A stretch of 61,813 nt of DNA, counting the filler, from Sphacelaria rigidula (Eukaryota): the NCBI GenBank assembly GCA_964200075.2. It is 10 parts of 10 records of this genome, joined end to end, with 100 filler letters (N's around TTAATTAATTAA, not from the genome) between each part and the next. Parts side by side here need not be neighbours in the genome. Positions count along the whole stretch, not along the records: positions 43,341 to 49,431 come from CAXNAA020022295.1; positions 49,532 to 55,622 come from CAXNAA020022296.1; positions 55,723 to 61,813 come from CAXNAA020022297.1; 7 more parts are not named here. One strand, 5' to 3'. Below, one piece after another: positions 47,851-61,610 of this stretch. The translations under genes and the position numbers were made by a program. Under the pieces are notes generated by a model. It worked only from the letters and a program-made list of their open reading frames with translations, did no database searches and was not told where the DNA came from. Position 1 is the stretch's first letter. Every line of letters starts with the position of its first letter.

Positions 47851-48472
47851 TGTTTGGATCCTGCACTCGGGTTCGGACGACCCCCTACGTGGAGCGAGAT
47901 TATCCGACTCATAAACGACACAGATTTCGAGTTGTGAACTTGGACAGTACATCAGTACGACGATCACATGCAGGATCATGACATTAGATGGCGCGGTAAC
48001 CAAAACGCCGCTATAGTTGGATAGCTCAGCACGTTAACCGCACGATTGAAGATATCTGTAATTATATCCTACACTCATCCACTCCCCCGCGCATTCGCTG
48101 ACCGTAGATGTGGAAGGTCCCCAAGACTCACAGTTGGGGTGCGACGTCTGGAGCACTTTTGAGACGCCGGCCGGGGCAAACCGAACGTGAGATACGGCAC
48201 CGCAATCGGTCTCGAGGTAAGAGCACCCCGATATCCCTCGTGCACTATTACCGTGAGAAATAGAGGTGCTGAAGGCCCAGCTCATCTGACTGCTTTCCTC
48301 TTGTTCCCGCTGATGACTGAGATATTTTTACCAAATTGAGGATGCCTGCGTTCCGGGATATCATCATTTCACACGAACCCGTGCCTTTTTCAATCTAAAA
48401 ACAAACGAGACTGCACGACTGATACGTTGCGTCAATCTATCATTTTCCCGTCTATTCCGGGCAGGTAATGAA

Positions 48473-49431
48473 GTGTCTGCACCACTGTCGCCTCCATCCC
48501 GACCGACACATGCCACATCCGCAGTTGAAAGTAGATCTCCCCTGACGCACTCCGAATGTGCAGCACCGGTGGAAAATGTGAGAGACATCGCCGAGGGTCA
48601 CACCGGCGAACGAGTCAAACCGCAGAAGTGGCTGAGCCCCCGTTCCTACGGAAGAGATACAGCGACTGTGCTGTTCAGGGCGCCGGAGTCGTCCTTCGCG
48701 TCCAGTGATGGCGCATCTGTAGAAAAGCAGGGGTTGGAGAGGTGCAATGACCATCCGAGTGCAGAAGGTAGTAACTTCAAATTTCGATCGGCCGGGGAAT
48801 GCGCGACTCGTAAGTCTCCATCACCTCGGCCTCAAAAAACAATGTACGGGAGGTGTTACCACGGAATCCGCCGACAGTACCTCTCAAGGCAGTGGGTAAC
48901 ACCCCCTGTAAAATCGGGAGAGCTACCGGTGGTAGAGTCCCGGAGGTACAAAATTCAAATCCATCGGCCAAAGCCAAGAAAAGACGTACACCGCCCAACT
49001 CCGGCAGGGGCACACCACCACATGCTGACGTACGTGCATCGAGGCGGGAGAGAACCGCGACGAATAAGCCGGAGGTTGACAGCGTATGGGGAGCGTGGCA
49101 TGAGCAGCAGCAGGCGGCGTTGCAGCACAGTACCGGGCGAAGGAGGGGGCGCGACACCGGCGGCGATTATGGCATACGCGGCGGGACGCGCCGATGCTCT
49201 TGGACGCACAGAGGGGAGTGGGGCCCAGCAGTGGGATGCGACAGCGGTGATGGGCGAGCTGCCGGGGGGGGCGGTGGACACGGAAACAGCGGTAGAGGCG
49301 TCGAGTGCGAGTAGTTACGGCGATAGTGTTTCGATGGGGGCCAGCGGGTGCAATTCAACGGCGGCATCGGTCGGGGGGGGGGGGGACGGCGGTGCCGCGG
49401 GTGGCGGCAGCTGCGGCCGGAGGGGTCGATT
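48473..49431 (+). CDS. Possible low-complexity exon(s) of an unknown gene, truncated by contig end
   Basis: Open frame of ~320 codons with a GC-rich Gly/Ala/Ser 3' part. No recognisable domain. Confidence 0.25.
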
Positions 49432-50684
49432 NNNNNNNNNNNNNNNNNNNNNNNNNNNNNNNNNNNNNNNNNNNNTTAATTAATTAANNNNNNNNNNNNN
49501 NNNNNNNNNNNNNNNNNNNNNNNNNNNNNNNAACAGATTGAATGAAACTTTCGGTGTTCGTCGTTACAACCCTGCGGTTACATACGCGGATTTTCAGCAA
49601 CTCGCCTCTGTTTCGTGCAGACGCCAGACACGTCATTCCTGACCAGCCAGCTCATTGGTCGTTCTCGAGGCCCGGTCCCGAAAGGGTTAATGCATTGTTC
49701 GGGCTTCATATAGATTTTAGTATAGACGCTATCTCACTACGGTATGAGAATTACTAGACATGGGATTTGATCAACAAACAAATATTAGCCACGACTTTTG
49801 AGCAGATGGGCACCTTCCCCTTGATTGGACGATTCATACGATATGCAGATCACGGCCCAACTCGTCTGTGTCGATGAGATATTGCTTTGAGAGCTTACAT
49901 CCATTTTTAGGCTGGCCCAGCTCGTACCGTGTTTGGCCCCTGTGCTGGTCGAAACAGCGACAGGCGACAGCTTGCTGATGTTGTCATATTCCATTGATTG
50001 CCCTGTGCCCAGGGCACTTCCAATTTCAATTCATTTCGGTGTCTGTGACGTAGCGGTCTTGGATTGCGGCGGTGAAACCGGAGTGGTCTCGGCTGGGCCC
50101 TTCCACTCTAAAAGGAAGGTTTGCCGCATCCACCCGGGGTATGGTGATGTGTCGTTGCACGGAAGCGTTGAGTTGTATTGGAGCATAAATCGTCTTCGTG
50201 TTGTCGCCGTCGCCCTACATTGGCAGGGGCCCGCAGCGAGCCGGCGCTCAGACGCGAGCGGTTCCCCGGCGAATTCCCGCCAGTTCGTCCCGCACTAGTC
50301 CCAACTACTATAATACCATGCCTGTTTTCAAGTACACGTACAGGACTTGATTCCCGGTATGCCCTAGGCTAGAAGTTGCAAACTGCTGTTTCTCGGGCAG
50401 GCAGGAGACAGCGTCAAGCAGCTGCACGCTGGGCCGAGGGGCCCCATATTGGGAAATTACGGCAACACTCCCTCCCCCCCCCCCAGATCGCCCAAACTTG
50501 ATTTTGGGGCCGTAGGAGGTGAGGGGATGGGGGGGGGACCCCGGGTATCCTATTTTAGGAGGGGGGGCTACCCCCCTGATCCATGGATGGTGGCGATGGT
50601 AGTTGGTGTGTGTTTGCGCATCGGTTTTAGAACACACATCCATGTACGAGCTGGTTCAGGTTGAGGACCCAAAATTTATTCCCC

Positions 50685-50967
50685 GGCATTTCCTCACGCC
50701 GATTTTTCGAGTTGGACCACGAAAAATTGCACACATGTTCTCGAGGGCACTATCCAAAACTCGAAGACATGAATTTTCGATTTGGGGTTTTGGGGTCGAG
50801 ATAGCCGGGATTCGCACTCCCCCCCGGTCAACTTGGTCAACCGCGACCCTGGATAATTGGCGAAAGAACAAAAAAAAAATGGTCTTCGAGTTTTTCGCAG
50901 TGCCCTCCAGGACATGTGTGCAAAATTTCGTGGCCTAACTCGGTAAAACGGCGTGAGGAAATATGCC
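50685..50967. repeat. Inverted repeat, ~80-bp arms
   Basis: atttcctcacgccg...aaaactcgaagac (50688-50768) versus gtcttcgagtttt...cggcgtgaggaaat (50882-50962). Confidence 0.85.
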
Positions 50968-51809
50968 AAAACGTACGATGCAGTAAAAAAAGCCTGCGTG
51001 CCCCCTCTAATTACACTTGATTATAGTAGAGAATCGCCCTTTTTGAGGGTTGTTTTTGCGGTACAAGACCCAGCCGATTCAGTTTTTTTAGTTGAGCAAC
51101 GAGAATTGATACACATGTTCCCTGGGATACCACCTAAATCTGAGATGTCAAACTTTTGGTGTTGAGGCCTTCTGTACCGGTTTCCGGGGGTCTTTATGCT
51201 GGGACCCCCGGGAGCCGGTAGGGAACGGAGAAGCTTTGAAATCTTGCCAAGGATACATTTTTTCCATTTGGGGCATCAATACCTGCAGAGCTGCCAAGTT
51301 TGAGGGTGATCTGAGCTTTTCTACAACAGTTGAAAGGAAATCGTCACGAGGTTCCGTGCGTCTTTTGTACGTATCATGAGAGGAAATCAGACGACGTCAA
51401 AGCTCTACATCAACGAAACATGACGGTTTCGGGCAAAATTTGACCCCGTTGGAACCGTTTTCACTTCTGTTGCTCCCGTTAGATTCCCAAGCTGATGACG
51501 GTTACTACGATTTGAACCATGTGGAGATTCGGTGGAAATTGGGCTTGGAATTCGTGTTTTTCATTTCGGGACAATTTGAAGGGCGCTGATTGGTCGAGAC
51601 ATACTTTTGTCCATAGCGCCACCGCTACAGCCTTGAACAAAAATCTGGCTATGTCACCCGTTTTGTATGTTCATTGCGGCCAGTATGGTACCACATTTGT
51701 GCGTATTGGCTGGATATTGCGTTCGTCATCAGCGGGGGAATAAATTTTGGGTATACAATCTGAACCAGCCTGTACATGAAATATGCTGCTTGCTGCTGTG
51801 TTATACTGC

Positions 51810-52830
51810 AAACACTGCGTACCAACCGCAGCGTGAAGCCTTCGGTGGTACTACCTGCTCACTGCACAGCGGCAAGGTGCAGGGTGGCAAAGCACACCGC
51901 AAGACGTCACATCCTTAGCCTGTCCTTGTCCTGCATCGATTTCGCGCTGCCCTATGCAGTTCGCCACATCATGAACGCAGCCGCTTGTACCTGAGGCCAA
52001 CGTGTTCACGGGATATCACCCTCTATGTATGTTTTACTGTGCAAAAACAATCGACCTAACGGCAAGCACCGCAGAAGAAAGGTGAATAACTAAACCAAGC
52101 GAAAAAAAAACTCCTGTCTTGACGTTCCTCCTGTGTGAACCCGGCTGGTGCGCCCATATATACCAAAAAGTGGAGATCGGTGTCTAGAATAGATTGGACG
52201 GCAACACACACACAACACACACTGTGCGCAGTACACTTTTCACATCGTGTTCGTACTGACTGTAGAAATCTGTCCAGGTTCTGGCACATTTCCACATGTT
52301 CAATAACAAAATAATGATCTTAAACTCAGTGAGATCGTGAAAAAATCCGCAACATCTGAGCAAAATGCAGGTGAGGCAATCGCCAAAATAGTCACTTGCA
52401 AACTCTGCTCCAGTGCACTGTAAGTTGATATCGCTACAAGAACACAACCATAACCACCTCGCCGGCTGCCAGACTGTGAGGACGTGGGATCCACTTGCAT
52501 TGCTACTGTCTGTATGGGGGTGTTGCCTCCGTGTCGAGTACGTGGGGAGGGGTCCGTGGCAGAACGCAGTGGTAGCGTCAAGCAGCTGCACGCTAGGCGT
52601 CCTCACTCAAGACTTCGATTTGGAGGATGATAGTAGGCATTAGCAACTACTGTGTGTCCAGGTGCCCCTTGGAGCATGATGAGTTTGGTTTCTGTTCGAC
52701 TAGTTTTCCACGAAACAAAATCAATAGGGGTTTCAAGTGGAAACATATAGCAAAAAACGAGTCGCGAAGAACCGGTTAGTCGAACTTTTTACCCGGAGGA
52801 GAGACCAAATTCGTTAAGTGAAATTGGAAC
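51810..52830 (-). repeat. Modular repeat copy (X-SINE B-Y)
   Basis: Reverse-complement homology to 6990-8180. Confidence 0.8.
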
Positions 52831-53114
52831 GGCTGCTGATATCGCAGTATAATCATTTTCCTGGTATGCTGATTATCGCTCACACAATTTTTCTGCAAGA
52901 ACTTGAATCTTGTATCCGTTTTCATGCTGACTGCAAAGAAAAAATGAATATAATTTTGAAAATACCCAGCATCAGCATCAAGACACTAGCACCGACAATC
53001 ACGCACCGACCCGCTCTCTACGTGCACCCCTTCCTTGCAGGGACCAAGCGCATCAGCATAACACTTCGGGAGCGCAAGGAAAGCCTGCCTCAGTATCTAC
53101 TCCCCATTCCAAGT

Positions 53115-53222
53115 TGCAACTGTGGGGTACCAGCCATCCTAAAAGCTCGTGTTTTGGAGAACGAGGATGTGGAATATTATTACGGGTGCGATAGGGGCCA
53201 AGGCCAGTGCGGATTTTGGGCC
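53115..53222 (+). other. GRF-type zinc-finger-like coding segment
   Basis: CNCGVPAILK...YYYGCDRGQGQCGFW fits the CxC...Y.C......C.F spacing of zf-GRF, but the G-R-F residues themselves are not conserved. Confidence 0.55.
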
Positions 53223-54322
53223 CCGAAAGCGCGAGCGAAGTAATGGTGGGGCCGCAAAAGGCTTTCATTCGTCAATGGTTGACGAAATGACATCGGAAAT
53301 GCGGGTTGCACATAGCCAGGCCAATGCCACGTTGTATTCATGTTGCCTGTAAAGAGTGTTGAGTTGATGGCGGGGGAAAAGTCAAGGCAGACATCCGCTT
53401 GTTCTCAGACTAGCATGTCTTGGAATCGTGATACGGGCGTAGGCATACTCCTAGCCGTGTTGTTTGGAATTTCACGCTACTGCATCAAGTGAAACATTCC
53501 GCCGTCAGCCGTGGTACCGGCTGCGCAGTCCTACTGCCGTCATGGTGACAGGAATGCGTTTGTTTCAACAGTGTGTGGTATGTGGGCATTTTCGAGGCAT
53601 CGTTGCCGAAGGACAAAGGACACTGCTCAGGCGCAAATATTCGTGTTCATTTTCCACGGGTGTGTAGCTCCCCCAGTATTGCTCCTTCTGTCAACGGGAA
53701 AAGTAGTTCATCGAGGGCGAAGCCGTACTGTCTACGTTTTCCCAGACATTCAACAACAACGATCGTTCCGATTTTTCGGTAAAATCGTATCCTCATCTTG
53801 TTTTTGAGTACGTATGCGTCGTGTGGAACGATGCTGACGGTCAAACCTGATCGGTGGATATGGTGGGATATTTACAGCTGGAACACTGGAAACAAATGAA
53901 ACAGCGACATATGTACATGGGGACACGTCAGAAGAACGATACGCAACCGTGATCAAAACATCGCGCGCTAATTATCAAGAATTCGAAAAACGTTTATACC
54001 GTGTACCCCCCACAGCTGGTCGCTGCATGCAATGCCACGTCTCGAGGTACTCTATCGCCGCCCGTTAGCTTTGAAGCCGGAGTTACGAAGCAAAAAACAA
54101 GCAACCTCCAGTTGGTATTGATACGTCCACGATGATATACAAGTTATTGCCCGTCACAGCTTGTGCCGGGCCCACTCCACTCGGAAGATCAAGGCGATAC
54201 CCATCTCTTCATTGACACTGCAAAAGCACACTGACATTCTTCAACTCTTCATGTCCTGTTTAGGGACTCAGATTGCGAATGCGTGCCTTCCGTACTTCGT
54301 CTCCCTCTGGTTATTAGTTTAG

Positions 54323-54461
54323 TTACGTGCTCCTTCCCTTGCTGAGGAAATCTTGAATGCGCTGGCGCAGCTCAGACTGCGGCTCGAGCATATCCTCCGA
54401 CAGCGTTTTCCGATTGAAGGGGTCGTTGCTGTCGTTGAGCAGGTGCTGAACAATGGTCGAC
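54323..54461 (-). CDS. UFD2: UFD2/UBE4 U-box ubiquitin conjugation factor E4, last exon
   Basis: ttgtcag|g. STIVQHLLNDSNDPFNRKTLSEDMLEPQSELRQRIQDF..*. Confidence 0.9.
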
Positions 54462-55349
54462 CTGACAACGAATATAGATGGGCCACAGCCAGGACCATAA
54501 ACGGTGCATTGTGACAAGCACGTTACGCGCATTAGGCGCGCTGACCATCAAAAGCAAACTGCAAGAGAACAGTTGCGAGAGTCTGCATTCCGTTCAAACA
54601 TCTTATGTTTCTGTCAGCCGTGAACTACGTCGAACGAGTTCGGTCTTATCGATGATTAGTGGTGCGAGAAAATTGAACTCCCCCAAGTACGTGTTAGCGG
54701 TTGCCCGAATGTGTCAGACGAAAACGCATGGAGGCATAAATAGATCACGCTGGAAAGCCATGTGAGCGTCCACAAAGCACCCAGGAGATCAAAACATGGA
54801 AAAGAGCATGCTACAGGTGCTGCATAGTGTGAGTGGCATACATCTTTTCTCCGGCACTACACAAACACCCCTGTCTTTCGGCCTTCTTCAACTGTTTTAC
54901 GCACCAGCGAAAACCAACATGAAGGTACCCTGAATGCCTCTGCAGCAGCTGGGAGTGACCTGAGGCACGTGAACAGCTCGACAGATAACGTGGCCTATTC
55001 CTACACCCTTTCTACGGGGTTTGTAATGGTCTCCAGGTTACTCCCCCAACTCACCCGCCTCACTACGTTTTTTTCAACCGCATCAATTTGGTTCTTCTGA
55101 CTCGCGGTCAACTCTCACAAAACTCCCCAAACAGCGTACATCCTCACGCTGAGTTCAGTAGCGTACTCTCAACATGTGAACCAAATCGAGTTTCAAGCGT
55201 TTGACTACGCCTGGCAGATGAATTAGTCGAATTCATTTGGATTCATTTAGAATTCTCCCCTCCACACACACCTCGTAAGGGTGTGCTGCAATCTTCACCT
55301 GTGGGGTTCTCCTTGGGTGTTGTGAGATGAGGTGTCCAACACGACTCAC

Positions 55350-55490
55350 CTGTCCATAATCGTACCACTGGTGGGCAGCAAAACTGGATCTCGCATGACA
55401 TGACATAAGACGGGGTCGAGGAATTCATCCGGAACATCCCCCAAAGATGCCTCCGCATCGTTGTACGATGCCCTCGCTTCCAACACAGCG
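55350..55490 (-). CDS. UFD2: UFD2/UBE4, penultimate exon
   Basis: tctccag|c...ag|gtgagt. LGDVPDEFLDPVLCHVMRDPVLLPTSGTIMDR is the U-box N-half, and the phase matches the last exon. Confidence 0.9.
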
Positions 55491-55723
55491 CTGGAGACAC
55501 AGAACAAAACGAAACACCGCAACGCGAGGGGACGGGGGACAGCACACGGCACGAACAAAACGTCAGGGAGGAAGCGGGGGGCGAGGGGGGGGGGGGTGAA
55601 CTCATGATCATGCATGACATAGNNNNNNNNNNNNNNNNNNNNNNNNNNNNNNNNNNNNNNNNNNNNTTAATTAATTAANNNNNNNNNNNNNNNNNNNNNN
55701 NNNNNNNNNNNNNNNNNNNNNNC

Positions 55724-58700
55724 TGAACATTGCCTTGGCCCTAGTCAGCAGCAAACACCAGACCGTGCGGTGAGCCTTTGAGGAGTTGAACAAGACACAC
55801 ACGTGGGCAAACGTCCCCACTGTGGATCACCTGTATTGACCAGTAAAGGGGGGTGCCGAAATCTCTGTGACCATGCAACCTGTAGGATGAACCTGTGAAA
55901 TACAGGCGCAGGGATATCCTTGTGACAGGGTTGACAGGTTTGTCCTTGTGACAGGGATGTCACGGAGAATCATACAAGTACGCACCTCATGTATCTTTCG
56001 ACGGCTTAGTACTGCGTATTTTCAGTACAAGTCAAGCGTTACTTCGCTTGTGGATTTCTCCGCTGTATCTGAACGAATAAGCCTGAACATTGGCACAGAG
56101 ATAGACCACAACACAGACAACATATATATTCCCGGATCGGTGGCACGTTTCACGTGGTGCGCCAGACGCACGAAGTGAATACGGATTCTGGGCAATGCCA
56201 TCGATACGCCCTCAAAACGGACTCCGCTCGGTCCAGACTGTGTGAGACGTCAGTGAACGCATATATGGACACGCAGATGCGCTCACTTCCACATCATGAC
56301 CTGCTGGGTGGCTCCTGCCCCAGCAAACAAGCATCGGCCCGTGTTGGGTACACTCTGGATGATGTCATCCTGCGAGATACCTATCTTGGTATCGCCTGTA
56401 GAGGTACTCACTTCAGGAATAATAGGTTATATTGTAAAAAATATGTACTGCGTACAATATGGAATGTATTGTCTATTGCAATAGGAGCAATAGTCGATAC
56501 TGAACGCAGTACACTTTTTGACTGTGTATTCTTTAGTCCAGGGTGTGATAATTTTACATTTTTCACCGCTCTTGCCAAGGTTTCTCTGGCGGCAAGGCAT
56601 TTTTCCCCACACGTCCCATTGCAGCACCAAAAAGGTTCAGCGGTACATTACCGTTCAGATTTATTGGGCGCCACCTGATACCTGTGGCGCGTGTTCTGGC
56701 CACCGAAAGTCGCTCAAACTGGCCCTATTTCGCGGAGTGTCGATTCCGAACCACAAAAGTCTCTTCAAAATGGTGGAATACTTGACAAAATATATTTTCG
56801 ACTTGCGTCACCCCCGGGAGGCCCGTACCAACCTCCCGAAGGGGAACCTTGTATGCACATGTATCATTTCACATTTTTCACCACATTGGCCGAGTTTCCT
56901 CAGGCGGCAAGGCATCTCATCACGTGCTTTCTTTTCAGTGCACGAAGGATGCGCAGGGGTACACTACAGTTCAGGTTTGAGTGTCATCTGGTACCTGTGG
57001 CGCGTTTTCTGGCCATCGAAAGCCGCCCGCACTGGCTCTTTTTCGCGGGGTGTCGATCCCGAACCACAAAAGCCTTCCCAAGTTCATGAAACACTTCAAG
57101 CAAGAGGATGATTGTTGGCGGGGTACTCCCCCCTCGTGTTTCTCTTCGTTGGGTTCTCGTCCATTTGGGAGCACGAGTACACCGCTTATGCCGTCAACGT
57201 CACGAGACATGACGACAGTGCAGTTGAAAACAATTGAACACATTACCTTGGCCTTAGTCAGCAGCAAACACCAGACCGTGCGGTGAGCCTTGGACGAGTT
57301 GAACAAGGCACACACGTGGGCAAACGTCCCCACTGTGGGTCAACTGTGTAGGACCAGCAAAGGGGGGTGCCGAAATCTCTATGACCATGCAACCCCTAAA
57401 ATGCACCTGTTGTGAGTACTGGCGCAGGGATATCCTTGTGACAGGGTTGACAGGTTTGTCCTTGTGACAGGGATGGCACGGAGAATCATACAAGTATGCA
57501 TCTCATTTATCTTTCGACGGCTTAGTACTTTATTTTCAGGACAAGTCAAGCGTTACTTCGCTTGTGGATTTCTCCGCCATGTCTGAACGAACAAGCCTGA
57601 AAATTGGCACAGGGGTAGACCACAACACAGACAACATATTCACGGATCGGCGGCACGTTTTATGTGGTGCGCCAGACGCACGAAGTGAATACGGATTCTG
57701 CGCAATACCATCGATATGCCCTCAAAACAGATCCCCCTCGGCGCAACCTGTGTGACACGTCAGTGGATGCATATATGGACACGCAGATGCGCTCACTTCC
57801 ACATCATGACCTGTTGGATGGCTCCTGCCCCGGCAAACGAGCATCGATCCGTTTTGGGTACACTCTGGATGATGTCATTTTCTGAGGCACCTATCTTGGC
57901 ATCGCCTGTAGAGGTTCTCACTTCAGGAGGCACGGTCGTGCAAGCGCTGTCAGTGCTTTAACGCGCAATGTATATTATGTACATGTATCATTTCACATTT
58001 TCAACGCTTTTGCCGAGTGTCCTCTGGCGGCAAAGCATTTTTTCCCGCACGTATTATTGCAGCGCACCGAGGAGACTCAGCGTTACATTACCGTTCGGGT
58101 TTGGGCGCCATCTGATACCTGTGGCGCGTGTTCTGGCCACCGAAAGTCGCTCAAACTGGCTCTTTTTCGCGCGGTGTCGATATCGAACCACAAAAGCCTT
58201 CAAGATCATGGAAAACTGGACGAAAAATATACTTCCGACTTGCGTCACCCCCGGGAAGCCCGTACCAACCTCCCGAAGGGGAACCTTGTATGTACATCAA
58301 TCATTTCACATTTTTCACCACTTTTACCGAGTTTCCTCTGGCGGCAAGGCATCTCATCACGCGCTTTCTTTTGCAATGCACGAAGAAGGTGCAGCGGGAC
58401 ATCACCTTTCAGGTTTGGGTGTCATCTTATACCTTTGGCGCGTGTTCTGGCCATCGAAAGTCACCCGCACTGGCTCTTTTTCGCGGGGTGTCGATCCCGA
58501 ATCACATAAGCCTTCCTCAAGATCGTGGAAAACTTCAAACAAGAGCCACAACAGCCCGCTCATGGGGGGGTATTTTTTCACCGTGATTTTCTTTGCGTTT
58601 TCGAAGATTCGGGAACATGAAGGCAGCGGTTATGCAGCGAATGTCACGATAACATGGGAGAAAAGCAGTAGAAAACAGCTGGACATTGCCTTGACTTAAG

Positions 58701-61610
58701 TCAGCAGCAAACGCAAGTCGAATGATCTGAGATCCCCCACCATTTAGTTTTGACGTGAAGCCTCTAACACGATCATATCTGCGTAATGTGTGCCCCAATT
58801 ATGCGAACATAACAATTCACAAAAGCATGGTGAAGAACACTGAAGAATGTGTAGATCGGTGTTAGAGAAAGGGGTCACAGTCACAGCTGCCGTAGGGGAA
58901 GTCGCTGATGGTCTGGTGTGCATTGATGCGGTGGATACCCACGGTGCGTGGCATTTTATTTTTTCGACACCCTGCTGTCTGATGACGGCTGGATAGAGTG
59001 GGTACAGTTGAGCACGCAGGCTGCGACGGATCCTGCCGGCCTCATCATCAATCTTGACCCAGTTATGGACGAACGCTCGAGGAAACCCAGCGAACAAGCG
59101 TCATATACGGTCCGCTATATCTGTGAGGGTTGGGAGCTGAACATTTTTGCTTAAAAAACCTCGACAGTCGAAGATTAAGCTCCTATCGCGTGACCAGTGG
59201 GTAGCGCCACGGACCCTTGCCGGTGTACCTGGCACTGGGAGCGACATCCCGGTACAGACAGTCCCATCACTACCGGGACGGCCATGCAAGCAGGCCGGCA
59301 GCCGAAATGGCCATTGCACTGGTGTTCTTCCAGCGTTATCAACTTGGAGTACGGCCGCACAGGCTTTGCACGCGAATATTTCGGCGATTACCTCACTTCC
59401 ACTTCGGTCATGTGCTGTTGATATGTATGGAAATGTATTACACCCTAGACAAGAGCTTTCTACAGTCAGTATACAATCTCAAAGCATGTACTGTGCACAG
59501 TATAGAGGCTGTTGCCTTCTGCGACGTGCACAGTACTCGTACAAAAGTAGGAACTGCGCGCAGTATGACTTCAAGACAGTGTAGAAATCTCCACGCGGTA
59601 TGAATTGTTACAGCCGACTTGCGCCCCATAGCGGCTGTGCTACCATACAGCTCCGCTCAAGATACAAGCAGGAATTATAGCGGCAGAGGCGACCTACTAC
59701 TCTTGCGTGCCTCACCTGGGGCGAATGTACACTCAGCTGCAACACCGACCGCTGCACTAGACGTGGCAGAGCGAGGGGTGGTACACCACGTACACATAGA
59801 CAACAAGCAGTATCATGCATATATACTGTACTGTATACAAGTGTGATTTGCAATCCGTGCGCTTGGGTCGGGCCAGCATTTAAGGAACTCTGCACGAGTT
59901 CGCCGTGTACTACCGGGACGCGACCGTATTTCAGTAGCAATCACTTGCGATGTGTGCTGTGACGGGTTTCGTGTGTGATGGGTCTTTTCCACCTCCGCAC
60001 ACCACCCGTGAAGCGAGCTCTTCATGCTGGGAGTGTCCACCGCTTTTCCCGCCACTCTTGGTCTGAGACAATTGAAACTGCGGAATGTGACAGAATATAA
60101 CAGTGGATTCTCGAAATTGGAGTTGAAAAAACATTAGGTCCAATTCAAATACCGTGCTTTCCCTGACCAAAATTTATGACAAATGACTTTCATATGGACC
60201 ACACCATCCCTCCCGACCTCCCTAAAACCATATCGGGGGATTTTCAGCCTTCCATTCCCTCAAAGGGTATGTGCGGAAGCACATTTTTGCCTCGATTTCG
60301 GGGTGAAAGACGTTTTTTGTCCATAACATCGTGCTTTCGCACATACTCTTTGTGGGAACGGAAGGCTAGAAATCGCTCGATATAGTTTTAGGGAGGTCGG
60401 GAGGGATGGGGTGGTCCATATAAAAGTCATTTGTCATGAATTTAGGTCAGGGAAAGCACGGCTTTTGAGTTGAACATAATTTTTTTTAAAACCCCATTTT
60501 CGAGAATTCACTGTTATTTTACCGGAAGGTACATATTCTCCCACACAATTGGCTCCATAATATGAAAAAAGGAATAACACTGGTTTATTTTCGACTTGCG
60601 TCACCCCCGGGAGGCCAGTACCAGCCTCCCGAAGGGGAACCTTGTATACTGTATGCAAGTGTGATTTGAAATCCGTGCGCGCGGGGTGGGGCCGACATGT
60701 AAAGATACCTGCGCAAGATCGCCGTGAATTACCGGGACGCGACCTTTTTTCAGTAGCAATCACTTGCGATGTGTGCTGTGATGGGTGTCGTGCGTGATGG
60801 TGCTTTTCCCACCTCCGCACACCACCCGTGCAGCGAGCTCTGCATGCTGGAATTGCCCACCCCTCTTCCCGTGATGATCTCCACTCTTGGTTGGACACAA
60901 TTGAAACTGCGGAATATGACAGTATCTACTGGAAGGTACATAGTTTCTCACGCAAATGCCTCCATAATATGAACAAGGAATAATGATATATTTCCGACTT
61001 TCGTCAACCCCGGGAGGCCAGTACCAATTTCCTGAAGGGGACCCTTGTGTACATAAATATACATATATATATATATATATATGTACAGGTATCATTTCAC
61101 ATTTTTCACCACTTTTGCCGAATTTCCTTAGGCGGCAAGGCATCTCATCACGCGCTTTCTTTTGCAGTGCACGAAGAAGGTGCAGCGGTACATTACCTTT
61201 CAGGTTTGGGTGTCATCTTATACCTTTGGCGCGTGTTCTGCCCATCGAAAGTCGCCCACACTGGCTCTTTTTTGCGGGGTGTCGATCCCGAACCACGAAA
61301 GCCTCATCACTGAAAACTTCAAACAAGAACCCAAATCACAAAAGCCTGTTCATGGCGGATATTCTTTGCGTTCTCGTTGATCCGGGGCACGAAGACAGCG
61401 GTTGTGTAGCGAATTTCACAAGAACATGAAAGCAAAGCAGTTGAAAACAATTGAACATTGCCTTCGCCTTAGTCAGCAGCAAAACCAACACCGTGCAATG
61501 AGCGGCTGGCGAGTTGAACAAGACACACACGTGGGCAAACATCCTCACTGTTGGTCAGCTGTGCTCGACAAGCGCAGGGGGGTGGCCAAATCCCTGTGGT
61601 CATGCAACCC
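55724..61610 (+). repeat. Array of long (~1.45-1.5 kb) tandem units with ~310-bp subrepeats, interrupted by the modular repeat and a MITE
   Basis: acatt.cctt...tagtcagcagcaaa at ~55726, ~57237, ~58682 and ~61453. Subrepeat cacatttttcacc...ggcggcaaggcat at ~56555, 56870, 57995, 58305 and 61097. Confidence 0.88.
60101..60513. mobile_element. Palindromic (foldback) MITE, CAGTG...CACTG ends
   Basis: 60101-60282 is an imperfect reverse complement of 60331-60513. It is absent from the paralogous repeat at ~60915-60940. Confidence 0.82.

Noticed and set aside
20244..55490. Ubiquitin/cell-cycle gene cluster (UBR, BUB1, UFD2)
   Set aside because: The genes are on different contigs joined artificially, so co-occurrence is chance.
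56154..58699. 170-240 aa ORFs in contig 10 as a protein family
   Set aside because: Frames and stops differ between repeat copies and no domains are recognisable. The similarity reflects DNA repetition.
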